IMG/VR virus record: IMGVR_UViG_3300003322_000089
Coordinates: 1-64,000 of that record
Length of the DNA: 64,000 bases
Reading direction: 5' to 3' (one strand)
Source of the DNA: a virus
Shown: in pieces, positions 16,123 through 24,585 of the stretch
How the letters are laid out: every line of letters begins with the position of its first letter
Position numbering within the stretch: the stretch's first letter is position 1
The notes under the pieces: model-generated
Seen by the model: only the letters and a program-made list of their open reading frames with translations
What the model was told of the DNA's origin: nothing
Databases searched by the model: none
Translations under genes and position numbers: made by a program

Positions 16123-16402
16123 GATCATCGACTATTTTGCTAACTTGTTCTATGGAAAGATATATAAAAAGAAATTTAATATTGGAGACCGAGTTAGATA
16201 CAAGCCAACAAAAGCATTCTGGCAAAACCTTACTATCATAAAGTATGACTTCTGTTATAATGGTAAATGGTGGATTGTAGCCGAAGATACGGATGACCCA
16301 AGTTATAGAAAGATACCTGTTGAGGAACACAGTCTGGAACTTGTCTGTGTAGAACATCCTTATGATCCCACTCAGATGGGTGATACAGATGAAGACATTT
16401 AA
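16109..16402 (+). CDS. Tail-family small protein 15 (ends EHPYDPTQMGDTDEDI)
   Basis: Its ATG lies inside the upstream tail codons (GATGAGGACATTTAA). FNIGDRVRY motif. Confidence 0.75.
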   Translation: MRTFKIIDYFANLFYGKIYKKKFNIGDRVRYKPTKAFWQNLTIIKYDFCYNGKWWIVAEDTDDPSYRKIPVEEHSLELVCVEHPYDPTQMGDTDEDI

Positions 16403-16456
16403 CCTCCTATGGAGGGTCTTCATTGGAATTTAGCTACGCTAAAAAGAGGATGATAT

Positions 16457-16485
16457 TTGACTTGAATAATAACAAAAGGTATAAT
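16457..16485 (+). promoter_or_regulatory. Sigma70-type promoter (TTGACT-17 nt-TATAAT)
   Basis: -35 TTGACT at 16457-62, a 17-nt spacer, and -10 TATAAT at 16480-85. ATG 16492 is only 6 nt downstream, which implies a leaderless or near-leaderless mRNA. Confidence 0.65.
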
Positions 16486-16491
16486 TAAAAT

Positions 16492-16755
16492 ATGACAAAA
16501 GATAAACTCAAGGAACTTCAAGAACTATCTCGTACAGTAAATCGTAGTGGTACGAACAGGTGCAGCCTGTGTAATTGTGTATCAAATGAGAGTATCGAAA
16601 CAGAGATTGGTGATTACCGTCATCACATGAGTTTCACACAAGATCCAAAGTTTAATGACTCTGTTATCTGTATTACATGCGCAGAGGTTATCGAAGATCA
16701 ACGACAAGACTATGAATATCTAGATCTAAACGACGATTACGATTTTGATAATTAA
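16492..16755 (+). CDS. Small zinc-finger protein with an acidic C-terminus (LDLNDDYDFDN)
   Basis: CSLCNC...CITC, i.e. four Cys in two pairs. Confidence 0.6.
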   Translation: MTKDKLKELQELSRTVNRSGTNRCSLCNCVSNESIETEIGDYRHHMSFTQDPKFNDSVICITCAEVIEDQRQDYEYLDLNDDYDFDN

Positions 16756-16763
16756 GGAATATC

Positions 16764-17240
16764 ATGGAGTATAGACGTGACGATAGAATATACGATTCAG
16801 AAACTGGAAAATTTCACTGGGCTTTAGACATTCAAAATAAGATCGGAAGAAAAACCCCAGGAAAAGAAATCGGCAGCAATAACGGTAGGGGTTATATTCA
16901 GATTACTTATAACGATCATATGGTTATGGCAGGTAGATTAGCTTGGTTTTTTGTACACGGAGAATGGCCTAAAGGTCAAATTGACCACATTAATCGTGAT
17001 AGATCAGATAATAGATTAGAAAACCTTAGAGTAGTAACACAAAGAGTTAATGCTCATAATAGAGCTAATAATCAAAAAATCCCGGGCGTTAGAAGATCAA
17101 GATCTGGTAAAAGATACATTGCCAGGATAGTTATCAATAAAAAAGAAAAGCATTTGGGCTCCTTTTCTACAGAAGAGGAAGCAGCTGCTGCCTATCAAAA
17201 AGCATTTGATGAGGTACATAGATTTGAGCAAGTGGATTAA
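16764..17240 (+). CDS. HNH homing endonuclease with AP2 DNA-binding domain
   Basis: GQIDHINRDRSDNRLENLRVVTQRVNAHN (HNH_3) followed by GVRRSRSGKRYIARI...LGSFSTEEEAAAAY (AP2). Confidence 0.85.
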   Translation: MEYRRDDRIYDSETGKFHWALDIQNKIGRKTPGKEIGSNNGRGYIQITYNDHMVMAGRLAWFFVHGEWPKGQIDHINRDRSDNRLENLRVVTQRVNAHNRANNQKIPGVRRSRSGKRYIARIVINKKEKHLGSFSTEEEAAAAYQKAFDEVHRFEQVD

Positions 17241-18774
17241 AACAGGACAGCCATGTTTATGTGGCAAATCGTCTGATGCCATGGCTACCGACTCAAATGG
17301 TAATTCATTTTGCTTCGGTCAATGTGGCGGTAAGTTTTTTAGAAATAGTAAAGAAGAGGAAATGGACACTTCTAAGTATTCATTTGAATTTTACGAACAT
17401 CGCGGTTTGAGAAGGAGGACTCTAGAGAGGTTTAATGTTAAGACGAAGTTTTATGAGGGGACTCCTATTGAGACTGCGTTTTATTATGAAAACGGTGCAA
17501 TCAAGATCAGGAGTCTTACCGACAAGAAATTCAGATCTCATGGTGAACTCTCTCAGACACACCTGTTCGGAAAGAATGTATTTGACAAGGGTAGTAAGAG
17601 AGTAATCACTATCACTGAGGGAGAGTATGATGCACTGTCAGCCTCTCAGATGATTGGAGAAGAGACAGCAGTAGTTTCTGTCAGAAGTGGAACATCGGCT
17701 AAGGCAGATTGTACTGCTGAATATGAATACATTAATTCCTTTGATAAGATTGTTATTAACTTTGATAATGATGAAGTAGGACAGATTGCAGCTAAGAAGG
17801 TTGCCAGTCTCTTTGACTTCCGAAAGGTTTATAATCTATGTCTGACACTACATAAGGATGCCAATGCCTATCTTGAACATGATCTCCAAAAGGAATACTC
17901 AGAAGCTTGGCGGGGTGTTAAACGATACACTCCTGATAATCTTCTTTCGACGATGCGAGAGTTCGAAGAGGCTCTGAAATCTAAGAGGGAAGAGAAGCTT
18001 GCCGATTATCCATTTGAACAACTCCAGCGTATGCTCTTTGGTTTCCATAGGGGTGAGGTTGTAGTTGTCAAGGCACAAGAGGGTGTCGGTAAGTCAGAAT
18101 TCTTTAGGGCTATTGAAAACCATGTCCTGAAAACTACCAAACATCCTATTGGTCTTATTCACCTTGAGGAAGATAACGGTACAACCCTCAGAGCTATGGC
18201 TGGATACTTCTCAGAACAGCCAGTACTTCATCCAGAACAAGAGTATGAAGATGAAGATATTCTCAAGATCCTCAAAGACATTGTAGGTGAACAGGAAAAC
18301 AGGTTTGTACTTCATAGTTCTTTCGATGTAGAAGATGAGGATGCATTCCTAGATAATGTTCGCTTCATGGTGGCTGCCTGTTCAGCACAGTTGATCTTCT
18401 TTGATCACATCTCTTGGTTGGCTACAGGAGCAACTGACAAGGGGGACGATGAACGTAAGAGACTTGATCGTATCTCTCAGAGACTTAAGCTCCTGGCTAA
18501 GGAACTTGGTTTCTGTCTAGTAATGATCTCACATGTTAATGATGACGGACTCACCAGAGGCTCTAGGAACATCAGCAAGGTGGCAAACACTGTTATCTAC
18601 CTGACAAGAGACAAAACCTCTACAGACCCCGTAGAAAGGCTAAAGACACACATTCTAGTGGAGAAGGCTCGACTGATTGGATCAAAGGAAGGTCCAGCTG
18701 GTTATGCCATATACGATGAAGAGAAGCTTATGCTTACAGATCCGGCAACAAAAGGATTGGAGTTTATAGAATGA
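17206..18774 (+). CDS. Bifunctional DNA primase/helicase (T7 gp4-like)
   Basis: N-terminal Zn ribbon CLCG...CFGQCG, TOPRIM ITEGEYDALS...NFDNDEVG, Walker A AQEGVGKSEF, and the DnaB-type LVMISHVN motif. Confidence 0.9.
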   Translation: MMRYIDLSKWIKTGQPCLCGKSSDAMATDSNGNSFCFGQCGGKFFRNSKEEEMDTSKYSFEFYEHRGLRRRTLERFNVKTKFYEGTPIETAFYYENGAIKIRSLTDKKFRSHGELSQTHLFGKNVFDKGSKRVITITEGEYDALSASQMIGEETAVVSVRSGTSAKADCTAEYEYINSFDKIVINFDNDEVGQIAAKKVASLFDFRKVYNLCLTLHKDANAYLEHDLQKEYSEAWRGVKRYTPDNLLSTMREFEEALKSKREEKLADYPFEQLQRMLFGFHRGEVVVVKAQEGVGKSEFFRAIENHVLKTTKHPIGLIHLEEDNGTTLRAMAGYFSEQPVLHPEQEYEDEDILKILKDIVGEQENRFVLHSSFDVEDEDAFLDNVRFMVAACSAQLIFFDHISWLATGATDKGDDERKRLDRISQRLKLLAKELGFCLVMISHVNDDGLTRGSRNISKVANTVIYLTRDKTSTDPVERLKTHILVEKARLIGSKEGPAGYAIYDEEKLMLTDPATKGLEFIE

Positions 18775-18974
18775 GTACGAAGTTTTATGCATTTGGTATC
18801 TACGATGATGAATTGGTAAACTTCATTTTGAAAGAGCTTGCCTTTATCAGAACTTGCGATGATGGCGGAGGAATTGCCTTTGCTTATCAAAACATTCTAG
18901 ATGCCCTTCATTGTGCTACTGATAATGTAGTGGATGGTATCCCGTCATTTGTAGATGAGAATGGTGGAGTGTAG
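18771..18974 (+). CDS. Hypothetical protein
   Basis: ORF with ATGA overlap to the helicase stop. Confidence 0.55.
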   Translation: MSTKFYAFGIYDDELVNFILKELAFIRTCDDGGGIAFAYQNILDALHCATDNVVDGIPSFVDENGGV

Positions 18975-18975
18975 A

Positions 18976-19146
18976 ATGAGAACAGGTGATAAAGTAATCC
19001 TGATCACAGGAGCAATCGTTATTATTCTATTGTTGTGCAGTAGTTGTAGAGTGACAACAGAGAGGTACTCTTGGGACAAGAATCCTAACCTAATGAGGGA
19101 CCTCACTAGTGCAATCGATCAGGAAAAAGCAGATGATTATCCGTAA
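18976..19146 (+). CDS. Small membrane protein
   Basis: ATG 18976 behind GGTGGAG. Contains the TM segment VILITGAIVIILLLC. Confidence 0.5.
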   Translation: MRTGDKVILITGAIVIILLLCSSCRVTTERYSWDKNPNLMRDLTSAIDQEKADDYP

Positions 19147-19405
19147 ATGGTATACACCTGTTTATCGGTATGCATCCTATGAGCCTTATGATGGTACTAA
19201 ACCAGATGTGAGTGAATCCTATATTGAACACACTGAAGATATCACTACATATACGGATAAGTACCGTCCTGAATTAGATTTGGAAATATACACATATAGA
19301 CAAAATGATAAGATAGTTGAACAGCTCAAAACTTACTATCCAAAAGGTGATAAGAAAATCATTTTGTTTAGAGAAAAAGTCAGAGAAGAGGATTATATTA
19401 AGTAA
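19133..19405 (+). CDS. Hypothetical protein
   Basis: ORF; the internal ATG 19133 overlaps the end of the upstream gene. Confidence 0.5.
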   Translation: MIIRKWYTPVYRYASYEPYDGTKPDVSESYIEHTEDITTYTDKYRPELDLEIYTYRQNDKIVEQLKTYYPKGDKKIILFREKVREEDYIK

Positions 19406-19410
19406 GCCTA

Positions 19411-19439
19411 TTGACACACCTTTTGAAAAAAGTTATAAT
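19411..19439 (+). promoter_or_regulatory. Consensus sigma70 promoter (TTGACA-17 nt-TATAAT)
   Basis: Perfect -35 (19411-16) and -10 (19434-39) hexamers with an exact 17-nt spacer. Confidence 0.7.
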
Positions 19440-19467
19440 TAAACATACAGAAAGAGAAAGAAAGATA

Positions 19468-19617
19468 TTGGACAATAGTGAACTACAAAAGTTGAAAGAA
19501 ATTTATCTGGAAACCAATAAGATTAAACGAATTGGTAAGCCACCTAAGAGAGACACTTTCCAAACTAACGATATCCTAACTATCTACAACTATGGAAACG
19601 ATGAAAAGGTACTATAA
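19468..19617 (+). CDS. Hypothetical small protein (start uncertain)
   Basis: The listed ORF 19411..19617 starts on the promoter's -35 hexamer. TTG 19468 behind AGAGAAAGAAAG is the first start downstream of the predicted TSS. Confidence 0.3.
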   Translation: MDNSELQKLKEIYLETNKIKRIGKPPKRDTFQTNDILTIYNYGNDEKVL

Positions 19618-19853
19618 TGTGGTATGATTATGTTTCTGCATACATCTGCATTGGTTTTATTATCTGCCTTCTGAACTTTATGTATAGAGTTTATTCCAAT
19701 CAAGTGTTTAGTCCCTCTGTTGAACGTTTGATCTTTGGTATTTCCCTATGGCCTATTGTTGCCATCTATCTGGTCTTTGATGTTAGTATGAGTGTCCTAG
19801 ATTTTATTGGGGATAGTGATATCTGGATCAAGAAAAAGGATAGGGATGAATAG
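19617..19853 (+). CDS. Small membrane protein (2 TM segments)
   Basis: ORF with two hydrophobic segments. Confidence 0.55.
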   Translation: MWYDYVSAYICIGFIICLLNFMYRVYSNQVFSPSVERLIFGISLWPIVAIYLVFDVSMSVLDFIGDSDIWIKKKDRDE

Positions 19854-21711
19854 GAAGAAAAAGATTTGGGTTATAGATTCGGAGGCAGATGGACTAAATC
19901 CTACTAAAATTTATTGTCTAGGTATGTCAGACCCACAATCTGATAAAGTTTTTGTTACTTCCAATTACGATAATATGCGGAAGGCATTGACAGAAGCAGA
20001 TGTTCTTATAGCACATAACGCTGTCAGATTTGACAAACCAGTATTTGAACGTATTCTCGGAATTAAAATTACAGCTAAGATTGTAGATACTCTTGCATTA
20101 TCTTGGTATCTATATCCAAAGAGACTTAAACATGGACTTGAATCTCACGGTCTTGATCTCGGAATTGAGAAACCTTTTATTGCAGACTGGTTTAATCAGA
20201 CACAGGAAGAATATGAACACAGAGTTGAAGAAGACGTAAAGATCAATGTCGCTCTCTGGCGAAACATGTATAGATACCTCTTCGATATCTATGGGTCAGA
20301 CAAAGAGATCTGGAGACTTCTGGATTATCTTTCCTTCAAGATGCATACAGCTATGCTCCAGGAAAAGAGTCGTTGGAAGCTAGACATTGAGTTCACTCAG
20401 AAGAGTCTGGAAGAATTATCCAAGATACAGGAGGAAAAGAAAGAAGCCCTCATAAAGGCTATGCCAGAGGTTCCATTCTATTCCTATAAGACAAAGCCAA
20501 AACGATTCATTAATGCCAATGGTGATTATTCCAAACTAGGGATGGAATGGATTAAACTCCTATCTGAGAGGGGTCTTCCACTTGACTATGATGGTGAAGT
20601 AGAGATTCTCAAGGGTAAGGAGACAGGTAATCCGAGTTCTCCAGAACAACTTAAAGAGTGGTTGTATTCTTTAGGGTGGGTTCCTAGGACATTCAAGGAA
20701 AAGAAGGATAAAGAAACTGGTGATATCAGACAGATCCCTCAGATCAATTTAGAGTTAGGTAAAGGCATTTGTGAGTCAATTAAGGAGTTGTACTCTAAAG
20801 AGCCGAATCTGGAACTTTTAGAAGGTCTTTCTGTCCTCCAACACCGTATTGGTATTCTCAAGGGATTTCTAAGAGATCAAGAAGACGGATGGGTTAAAGC
20901 TCGTATTTCTGGATTTACTAACACACTAAGAGTAAAACATACAGAGGTAGTCAATCTCCCTAAACCCGAAAAACTTTATGCTGCACCGATTAGAGGTGCA
21001 TTGATCGCTGATGAAGGATTCGAACTTTGTGGTTCTGATATGAAGAGCTTGGAAGATCGAATTAAAATGCATTATATCTACCCACTAGATCCTAAATACG
21101 TAGAGTCCATGAGTACAGATGATTGGGACCCCCATCTTGAGATCGGTAAATTGGCAGGAATGTTAACACAGAAGCAAGTAGATGGATATAAATCAGGAGA
21201 AGATAAATCTTGTAAACCAACGAGAGATATCGCAAAAAATTGTGGATACGCCTGTCAGTATGGTGCTGGTGTTGGAAGACTCATGGTAACTGGTGGCATT
21301 GATAGGACAGCTGCTCAAAAACTGTTTGATGCATACTGGAGACTTAATTGGAGTGTTAAGAAGGTTGCAGAAGATCAGATTGTTAAGACTATTAATGATC
21401 AAATGTGGTTGTACAATCCTGTTAGTAAACTTTGGTATTCACTCCGATATGATAAAGATCGATTCTCTACTCTAGTACAGGGAACGGCCTCTTACGTATT
21501 CGACTTGTGGATTAAATACGTACTTGAACAAAGAGAACAGATTACTTCAACATTCCATGACGAAGGCGTCTGGCATCTTAAAGAAGGTCACAGAGAAGAA
21601 TTCACTCAGATAATTGAAAATGCTATTAAAAAAGTCAATGAAGAGGTCAAATTAAATAGAGAACTCGAAGTCGATATACAATATGGCAAGATCTACTCTC
21701 AGATTCATTAA
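19846..21711 (+). CDS. DNA polymerase, family A, with 3'-5' exonuclease domain
   Basis: ExoI VIDSEADGL. Motif A GSDMKSLEDR, motif B RDIAKNCGYACQYGAG, motif C FHDEG. ATG 19846 overlaps the end of the upstream ORF. Confidence 0.9.
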   Translation: MNRKKKIWVIDSEADGLNPTKIYCLGMSDPQSDKVFVTSNYDNMRKALTEADVLIAHNAVRFDKPVFERILGIKITAKIVDTLALSWYLYPKRLKHGLESHGLDLGIEKPFIADWFNQTQEEYEHRVEEDVKINVALWRNMYRYLFDIYGSDKEIWRLLDYLSFKMHTAMLQEKSRWKLDIEFTQKSLEELSKIQEEKKEALIKAMPEVPFYSYKTKPKRFINANGDYSKLGMEWIKLLSERGLPLDYDGEVEILKGKETGNPSSPEQLKEWLYSLGWVPRTFKEKKDKETGDIRQIPQINLELGKGICESIKELYSKEPNLELLEGLSVLQHRIGILKGFLRDQEDGWVKARISGFTNTLRVKHTEVVNLPKPEKLYAAPIRGALIADEGFELCGSDMKSLEDRIKMHYIYPLDPKYVESMSTDDWDPHLEIGKLAGMLTQKQVDGYKSGEDKSCKPTRDIAKNCGYACQYGAGVGRLMVTGGIDRTAAQKLFDAYWRLNWSVKKVAEDQIVKTINDQMWLYNPVSKLWYSLRYDKDRFSTLVQGTASYVFDLWIKYVLEQREQITSTFHDEGVWHLKEGHREEFTQIIENAIKKVNEEVKLNRELEVDIQYGKIYSQIH

Positions 21712-21723
21712 AGGAAGAATAAA

Positions 21724-22566
21724 TTGGATATCGTAGTTAAAGGTATCTTGGAGTATGTACAAAGCCTAGAAGGACACAAGAATTCAGTCCTTGCAGGTGG
21801 GGCAGTCAGAGATCAAATCTATGGTTTAGTTCCAAATGATTATGATATCTTTGTTCCTAGTAAGCATCCAAGAGATATCGAATATCTGATCCAGAGTGTT
21901 GGTAAGGAGTTTAATATCTCTGATGTTCTGTGCAAGACCAAGAGTTATGATACTCATCAGACAAGAGGTATCAGTAAGCATGAACAGAGGTTGACTAGCG
22001 TTTGGGAACTAGTTTTTGAAGGAAAGAAGATTGACCTCATTGGTCAGAGAGAAAATGACGATGAGGACTTCCCCTTTGAAGTAATTAAGTCTTTCGATTA
22101 TGGCATCAATATGATCTACGATAATGGTAGCTATGTTGATTCTGAGGATGAGAACTTTAGGTACGATAGGGATTATCAATGTATGTCCCTCATTAATCTG
22201 CATGATATGTCTGCACTACCAAAGCTGATCAATAGATACCAGAAGTTTTCAAAAAGGTATAGGGATCTAACTGGTGGTGAATTCCGATTTAGGGCACCAT
22301 GTCTACAGTTCACAGACAAGAAAGAAAAGAAACTAGATCATTACCTCACAGATTCTTACTCTTATGGCTCTGGAAGTACTGGAACTATCAGTAGATCAGT
22401 GAGTGCTAGACTAACAACTGCTTGGACTGAGGCTGCAACAACTGAAGAACCAGGTTGGGGTGCAGAAAGGGCTTTGGAAATAATCCAATCCATTCAAACA
22501 ACTCGTAATCAACAGGCTGTAGATAACCCAACTATTGCAAATAGCATCTTCGATGATAATTTTTAA
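21724..22566 (+). CDS. Nucleotidyltransferase of the CCA-adding / poly(A) polymerase head-domain type
   Basis: GGAVRDQIYGLVPNDYDIFV matches the GGxVRD...DxD signature. TTG start. Confidence 0.65.
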   Translation: MDIVVKGILEYVQSLEGHKNSVLAGGAVRDQIYGLVPNDYDIFVPSKHPRDIEYLIQSVGKEFNISDVLCKTKSYDTHQTRGISKHEQRLTSVWELVFEGKKIDLIGQRENDDEDFPFEVIKSFDYGINMIYDNGSYVDSEDENFRYDRDYQCMSLINLHDMSALPKLINRYQKFSKRYRDLTGGEFRFRAPCLQFTDKKEKKLDHYLTDSYSYGSGSTGTISRSVSARLTTAWTEAATTEEPGWGAERALEIIQSIQTTRNQQAVDNPTIANSIFDDNF

Positions 22567-22580
22567 GAAAGGAATTTATA

Positions 22581-23186
22581 TTGGCAACTAATTTTTATAA
22601 ACTGCGTGGAACTCTAAAGTGGGCGAAGGTGTACGAACCCGACTCTTTCATGAACGCAGAAAACTACAAGATCGCCTTCTATCCGCTGGATGAAAAAGAG
22701 TGGGATAAGTTCAAGGCTACCGGTCTGGAACTCAAGATCAAAGATGATACCGATGGTGTGTCAGGTAAGTTCGTTACTTTCCGTCGTCCTACCAAGAAGT
22801 TGATCAAGGATGATCTTGTAATCTTTACTCCACCGGAAATTACTGGTCTTGTAAATGTTTCTTATGAAGATGAGAATGGTAATAAGATCCGTAGTTATAA
22901 CAAGGCTGATAAGCTTAAGATCAAGCGAGTTGGAAATGTTGTAGAACTTGGTAATGGTACTGAGGCCATCGTTAACTTCTGTGTGTACGATACCGTAAAG
23001 GGTAAGGGTCATCGACTGGAAAGCATTCGGGTTCTTCAACTTGTGGAATTCGAACGTGAAGACTATGAACAAGAAAAAGAAACAGTAGTAGAAACCAAGA
23101 TCGAAAAGAAGAAGTCTACCGTTTCTGAAGATCTTAATGACGACATCCCATTTGGTGATAAGGTGAAGGACTCCTTGCCTTGGTAA
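22581..23186 (+). CDS. Single-stranded DNA-binding protein (T7 gp2.5-like) with acidic DLNDDIPF segment
   Basis: N-terminal YKLRGTLKWAKVYEPD... pattern typical of gp2.5-type SSBs. Acidic tail motif DDIPF near the C-terminus. Positioned in the replisome module. Confidence 0.75.
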   Translation: MATNFYKLRGTLKWAKVYEPDSFMNAENYKIAFYPLDEKEWDKFKATGLELKIKDDTDGVSGKFVTFRRPTKKLIKDDLVIFTPPEITGLVNVSYEDENGNKIRSYNKADKLKIKRVGNVVELGNGTEAIVNFCVYDTVKGKGHRLESIRVLQLVEFEREDYEQEKETVVETKIEKKKSTVSEDLNDDIPFGDKVKDSLPW

Positions 23187-23198
23187 TAGGAGAATAAT

Positions 23199-23411
23199 AT
23201 GTTTTCATATACAGAACATCTCGTAGAATACGATAATGACCTTCTCATGGTCTATGCCTCTGGACTCACAGAGGATGACTACTGGGAAGAGTATGAGACT
23301 TTCGAAGAGGTGGATAATCCTGAGAGCTTTGCAGAAGGGTATGCTGCACGACTTCGTAAGGATGGTGCATTTGTCACTGTTATCCCTGTTGATATTGAAC
23401 AGGATGACTGA
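23199..23411 (+). CDS. Small acidic protein
   Basis: ORF with GGAGAA upstream. Confidence 0.55.
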   Translation: MFSYTEHLVEYDNDLLMVYASGLTEDDYWEEYETFEEVDNPESFAEGYAARLRKDGAFVTVIPVDIEQDD

Positions 23412-24143
23412 TTGACAACACTGATTATCGATAGTGATATCCTTCAGTACAAAGCTGCATTCGATTGTGAAGTGGCTGAGGAAGACTCTGAAGGATATTG
23501 GACTTGGCGATGTAACTTTAATGATGTTGTCAAGAGATTTGATGAAAGAGTAAATTGGTATGTAGAATTCCTGAGTGCAGATGATTACATTCTTTGTGTC
23601 TCAGATGAGATGAACTATAGGAAGGATATTTACCCCAATTACAAGATCCTAAGACAGAGGAAAAAGAGACCTCTGGTACTCAAAGCATTCAGAAAATATC
23701 TAATAGAGGAACGGGGGGCCAAGTGCTTCCCGAACCTTGAGGGTGATGATCTCTGTGGAATCTATGCTACAGGGGACTATATCCAAGATGAAAAGATCAT
23801 TATTTCTGAAGACAAAGATTTGAAAACGGTCCCAGGATATCTGTTCAAAGGTAACGAAGTCAAGTGGTACTCTGAAGAAGAAGCCAAGTACTGGCATTTC
23901 TATCAGACACTAGTTGGTGACCAAACCGATGGATACCCTGGGTGTAAAGGCATCGGACCTAAGAAGGCAGAGACACTCCTGAAAGAGAATCCTTCATGGG
24001 AAACAGTGGTTAAGTGTTTTATTGACAATGAGTTCACTGAGGAAGATGCATTAGTACAAGCTAGGTGTGCATATATCCTTCATGATAAAGACTTCAATCA
24101 AGAAACTAAGGAGATCAAACTATGGAGTCCAAACGATAGCTAA
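23412..24143 (+). CDS. 5'-3' exonuclease / flap endonuclease (PIN-like)
   Basis: LIIDSDILQYK, NLEGDDLCG, SEDKDL and H3TH GDQTDGYPGCKGIGPKKAETLL. Confidence 0.85.
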   Translation: MTTLIIDSDILQYKAAFDCEVAEEDSEGYWTWRCNFNDVVKRFDERVNWYVEFLSADDYILCVSDEMNYRKDIYPNYKILRQRKKRPLVLKAFRKYLIEERGAKCFPNLEGDDLCGIYATGDYIQDEKIIISEDKDLKTVPGYLFKGNEVKWYSEEEAKYWHFYQTLVGDQTDGYPGCKGIGPKKAETLLKENPSWETVVKCFIDNEFTEEDALVQARCAYILHDKDFNQETKEIKLWSPNDS

Positions 24144-24576
24144 AAAGAAGAGAGAAATCCATAAGTATGGAAAGAGGGTGTTTAAGAACCCTAGTGAATA
24201 TGAATGCTTTAAACATCTAGAAAGTATTCTCCCTAATGACCTAAGAGTAGAGTACGAGACAGAAACACTACCTTATATTACAGAGCATGTGTACCGTCCA
24301 GACTTTCCAATTAAATTCAGGAAATTGGATGGTACTCTTTGTTATCTGGAGTATAAGGGGAACGGAAGAGCCTTTGATATTGCAGCCAGACAGAAAATGA
24401 TTGCAGTCAAAGAACAACACCCTGACATTACATTCTATCTTGTATTCCACTCAGATGGTAAAGTCGGACCTAGACGAAAGAACGGTACTTGCTTTAGGCA
24501 AAGCGACTGGGCGAGGAAGTATGGTTTCGAATTTTGCATAGGTTACCAAAATATCCCAAGTTCCTGGTTTGAATAG
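24067..24576 (+). CDS. Holliday-junction resolvase, T7 endonuclease I family
   Basis: SEYECFKHLES...EYE...PY...YRPDF...LEYKG...KEQHP...VF...W..KYGFEF parallels T7 gp3 (from memory). The true start is probably a non-ATG codon downstream of 24143. Confidence 0.8.
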   Translation: MHISFMIKTSIKKLRRSNYGVQTIAKKKREIHKYGKRVFKNPSEYECFKHLESILPNDLRVEYETETLPYITEHVYRPDFPIKFRKLDGTLCYLEYKGNGRAFDIAARQKMIAVKEQHPDITFYLVFHSDGKVGPRRKNGTCFRQSDWARKYGFEFCIGYQNIPSSWFE

Positions 24577-24585
24577 GAAACTAAA

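Noticed and set aside
23412-23446. TTGACA-17-TGATAT at the start of the FEN gene as a promoter.
   Set aside because: The -10 hexamer matches only 3 of 6 positions, and the -35 hexamer coincides with the gene's own TTG start. It is too weak to report.
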